DNA from: Trichomonas gallinae
Lineage: Eukaryota
Direction of reading: 5' to 3'
Assembly: GCA_008369845.1 (NCBI GenBank)
Contig: MRSU01006018.1
Span: forward strand, 49,977-69,976
DNA length: 20,000 nt
Below the pieces are notes generated by a model. The model was not told the DNA's origin. It searched no databases and worked only from the letters and a program-made list of their open reading frames with translations. A program made the position numbers and the translations under genes. Below are positions 17,659 to 20,000 of this stretch, in pieces (position 1 is the first letter of the stretch; the number at the start of each line of letters is the position of its first letter).

Positions 17659-18098
17659 TTACTGAATATGATATGAATTTTTTGACAAAATGACAGATTG
17701 ACAATGTAAATATTTACATGGCAAAAATAATAATACTCTAATGATTTATATATATTTGATTGTTTAGCAAATACTCTCCAAATATTGTAAGTTAGTCATG
17801 AAATCATAAAAGATGATTCATCAGTGTATATAGTGACTATATCCATAAGATGAGCAATTAAAGGAACAATCTACGACGTTTTGCGCTTACTATATCTTTT
17901 TGCTCAAATAAATGCGATAGAACCTTAAATATTTGACAAATTTGTTTAGTCTCGCAAGTTTCATAGAAAGAACTCAAAAAAAAAAATGTCAAAAACGCGA
18001 TTTACATGACAAACCCCTAGAACCTTAAATATTTGTAAGGGATATAATTTACATGACAAATATTGTAATAACCTTAAACATATGCGTTAATAAATTAC

Positions 18099-18596
18099 AT
18101 GGCGACAAATACTTTAGATGATACATCATTTCAACAGCAGTTGAATGAAAGTGCAAGAGAAATATTCGAAAAGAAGGGAGCGGGAAATAACATTAGAGCA
18201 CATTTCGTTAAAGATATTGCTAAAATTGTTATCAATTCAGATAATGCGAATCTTTTACCATTACAGCCTCGAGTGAAATCTATGGATTCTGCTGCATGGA
18301 GTAGATGTTTATGCTTTGTTGTCGCATATTTAAGAAGATATAAAATGGAACAAACTCTGCAAGCGATGAAGCATGAATGTCCTATACTTCCTAAGAATAC
18401 TGGTTTCCAAAGAGCATCAGATCTCGAAATTTTCTTTGGTACAATAAAGAAAACAGCAATTGTTGTCGCTGATCAATCTTTTGATGAGCGTGTTATCGAA
18501 TTTAAAGAGAAATATGAGGCTGAAAATCCGCCAAAAGCTCTTCCCAAGAAAATTAAATCTTCACGTAAAAAGATTCCTCGAGAAGAGACAAAATGA
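18099..18596 (+). CDS. TOF/LisH-domain protein, FOP/FOR20/OFD1-like (putative basal-body protein, 165 aa)
   Basis: LNESAREIFEKKGAGNNIRAHFVKDI resembles the TOF motif (L...LEKKG....KA.IRA.V). It is followed by LisH-like CLCFVVAYLRRYKMEQTLQAMKHE and a basic C-terminal tail. Confidence 0.55.
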   Translation: MATNTLDDTSFQQQLNESAREIFEKKGAGNNIRAHFVKDIAKIVINSDNANLLPLQPRVKSMDSAAWSRCLCFVVAYLRRYKMEQTLQAMKHECPILPKNTGFQRASDLEIFFGTIKKTAIVVADQSFDERVIEFKEKYEAENPPKALPKKIKSSRKKIPREETK

Positions 18597-19037
18597 GAAT
18601 GCCAGAGTATATGAAAGAGATTTTAATGTGTTTTGTTATTATACTAAAAGAATATTGTTTTTATTTATTTGTTCAAACAATGCTATTTTAAAGATTCACG
18701 CTGCCTTCAAGCATTTCAATATAGCCCTTTTATTTCAAGCAAATCACCAACTAATTTAATTTTTGATAAATAATAATATCGTTTCATAAAACAACTGTGT
18801 AATATAATGATTTAGAATAACACTAGTGAATGTCTGACAATCGGAAATTTCGCAATTTCTTTCATAATCTAAATATTGTTGAAGAATAAATTCCATTGCA
18901 TTAAGCTACTATACACATGAATATATAATTATATATGAACAGAAATCTATAACTTATTAAACCAATAAAAATAATATATAAAAGACAAACAATAACGTAA
19001 GTTCAAAAGTAATGAATGGAATCCAGCATATGTACAT

Positions 19038-19451
19038 CTACCTAGGGTTCATCAGGTTTGCAATTTCTAAATATGACATGTCAAATATTTCCGGCGGATT
19101 CTTTGGTAAAGGCACAGTTTTATTTTTTCGTTTACGTGTCAATTGGCTAAAACGAATTTTAACTTGGTCGCCTGAACGATTCGTTGCTAGTCGTTTTGCA
19201 ATTTGAGCCCAAGAATTTTGGTAGAGTGTATGATATTGTAATATTAAAACATCTTCATCAGGTGAAAATGGTTCCATATTTTTGCTTAAAAAGCATCTGT
19301 ATCGCTCTTCAATCGATTTCTTTTTATGCTGTTCTCCAATTTCTTGCTGAATTTTAAGTATAGCCATTGACTTGTCATTGGGAAACTTATTAAAGTACTT
19401 GAGGATGATCATATCATCAACAGGCGTAAAGCGATGAATAGTTTTTTGCAT
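19038..19451 (-). CDS. Myb-like DNA-binding protein (two Myb repeats, 137 aa)
   Basis: RFTPVDDMIILKY...KKSIEERYRCFL and PFSPDEDVLILQYHTLYQNSWAQIAKRLATNRSGDQVKIRF are Myb repeat signatures of the expanded trichomonad Myb family. Confidence 0.88.
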   Translation of the reverse strand: MQKTIHRFTPVDDMIILKYFNKFPNDKSMAILKIQQEIGEQHKKKSIEERYRCFLSKNMEPFSPDEDVLILQYHTLYQNSWAQIAKRLATNRSGDQVKIRFSQLTRKRKNKTVPLPKNPPEIFDMSYLEIANLMNPR

Positions 19452-19914
19452 TTCTTTATAAAATAAAATTTTACAGACGGAATAAAATTAGGTAAAATTC
19501 GAAAATTCATTTCGTTCATTTGAATACATAATATATTTTAAGTTTTCAAACGAAATGATGAAAATGAATTCAAAAATTTATTTTGAATAACAGCAATGAA
19601 CTAATAAGTTTTAACGAATCGGATTTTAAGAAAATTTTTGTGAATTTTAACTCGGAATTTTTCTGAGATTATTTTCGATTTTGTTTTGAAACTTAATTAA
19701 AATTATAAATATAATGATATTTTGATGAAATGAAAAATTGAATTCAATTGGCTAATTAATGAATTTATATTTATTTAGACAAATATATAAGTTTTAAATT
19801 ATGACCATTTAATCTCTCTCAACCGATTGAAATGAAAAATCAAAATAATTTTCTCTCAAATAAAAATGCATGAATTAATAAAATACGTATATTTACAATA
19901 TTGGCACAAAATAT

Positions 19915-19933
19915 AAAAAGATAAAAAGAAAAA
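19915..19933 (-). terminator. RNA polymerase III oligo-T terminator of tRNA-Glu
   Basis: The minus strand reads TTTTTCTTTTTATCTTTTT starting 4 nt after the tRNA 3' end. Confidence 0.75.
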
Positions 19934-19936
19934 GTT

Positions 19937-20000
19937 TTCCGATACGGGGAGTCGAACCCCGATCCTGTGGATGAAAACCACATATCCTAACCGCTGAACG
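19937..20000 (-). tRNA. tRNA-Glu(TTC), 5' end (about 8 nt) beyond the window edge
   Basis: The minus strand shows D-arm GTTCAGCGGTTAGGAT, anticodon arm TGTGG-TTTTCAT-CCACA (anticodon TTC at 19975-19973), T-arm CGGGG-TTCGACT-CCCCG and acceptor 3' strand TATCGGA plus A. Confidence 0.95.

Noticed and set aside
545..19206. Short antisense or alternative-frame ORFs (e.g. 545-778, 3160-3516, 5829-6203, 6435-6758, 13523-13822, 18460-18759, 19012-19206)
   Set aside because: They are shadows of well-supported genes, mostly with non-ATG starts and no recognisable domains.
199..19451. Functional gene cluster or operon (flagellar plus trafficking genes)
   Set aside because: Functions and orientations are mixed and each gene has its own promoter-like spacer. 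Adjacency alone is no evidence of a system.
19555..19666. C/D-box snoRNA (ATGATGA...CTGA)
   Set aside because: The interior is very AT-rich with no convincing terminal stem or recognisable rRNA guide, so this is likely chance.

Overview
Eukaryotic, gene-dense, apparently intronless DNA with AT-rich intergenic spacers. It most likely comes from Trichomonas vaginalis or a related parabasalid. This is inferred from Inr-type TCAYT motifs just before ATGs, TAAA poly(A) signals overlapping stop codons, a 34-aa ankyrin-repeat family and a small R2R3-type Myb. The window holds 11 intact protein genes: Mdm34/Mmm2-like SMP protein, actinin-like coiled-coil/EF-hand protein, PP2A scaffold A, IFT144/WDR19, a nucleotide-sugar-transporter family protein, a two-domain saposin-like protein ending in KEEL, an Rbx-type RING-H2 protein, an ARM/HEAT-like protein, Vps18-like, a FOP/FOR20-like LisH protein and a Myb. 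It also holds an ankyrin-repeat pseudogene and a tRNA-Glu(TTC) cut by the window edge. The most notable unexplained signal is an 11-bp motif, YTTACRTGNCA. It occurs 12 times in gene-upstream intergenic DNA, including a five-copy 30-bp-period array and a roughly 28-bp extended version shared by the IFT144 and Vps18 promoters. Other unexplained features are a 110-bp-period degenerate tandem repeat and two hairpin-rich non-coding segments. All family calls come from motif recognition by eye; no database search was run.
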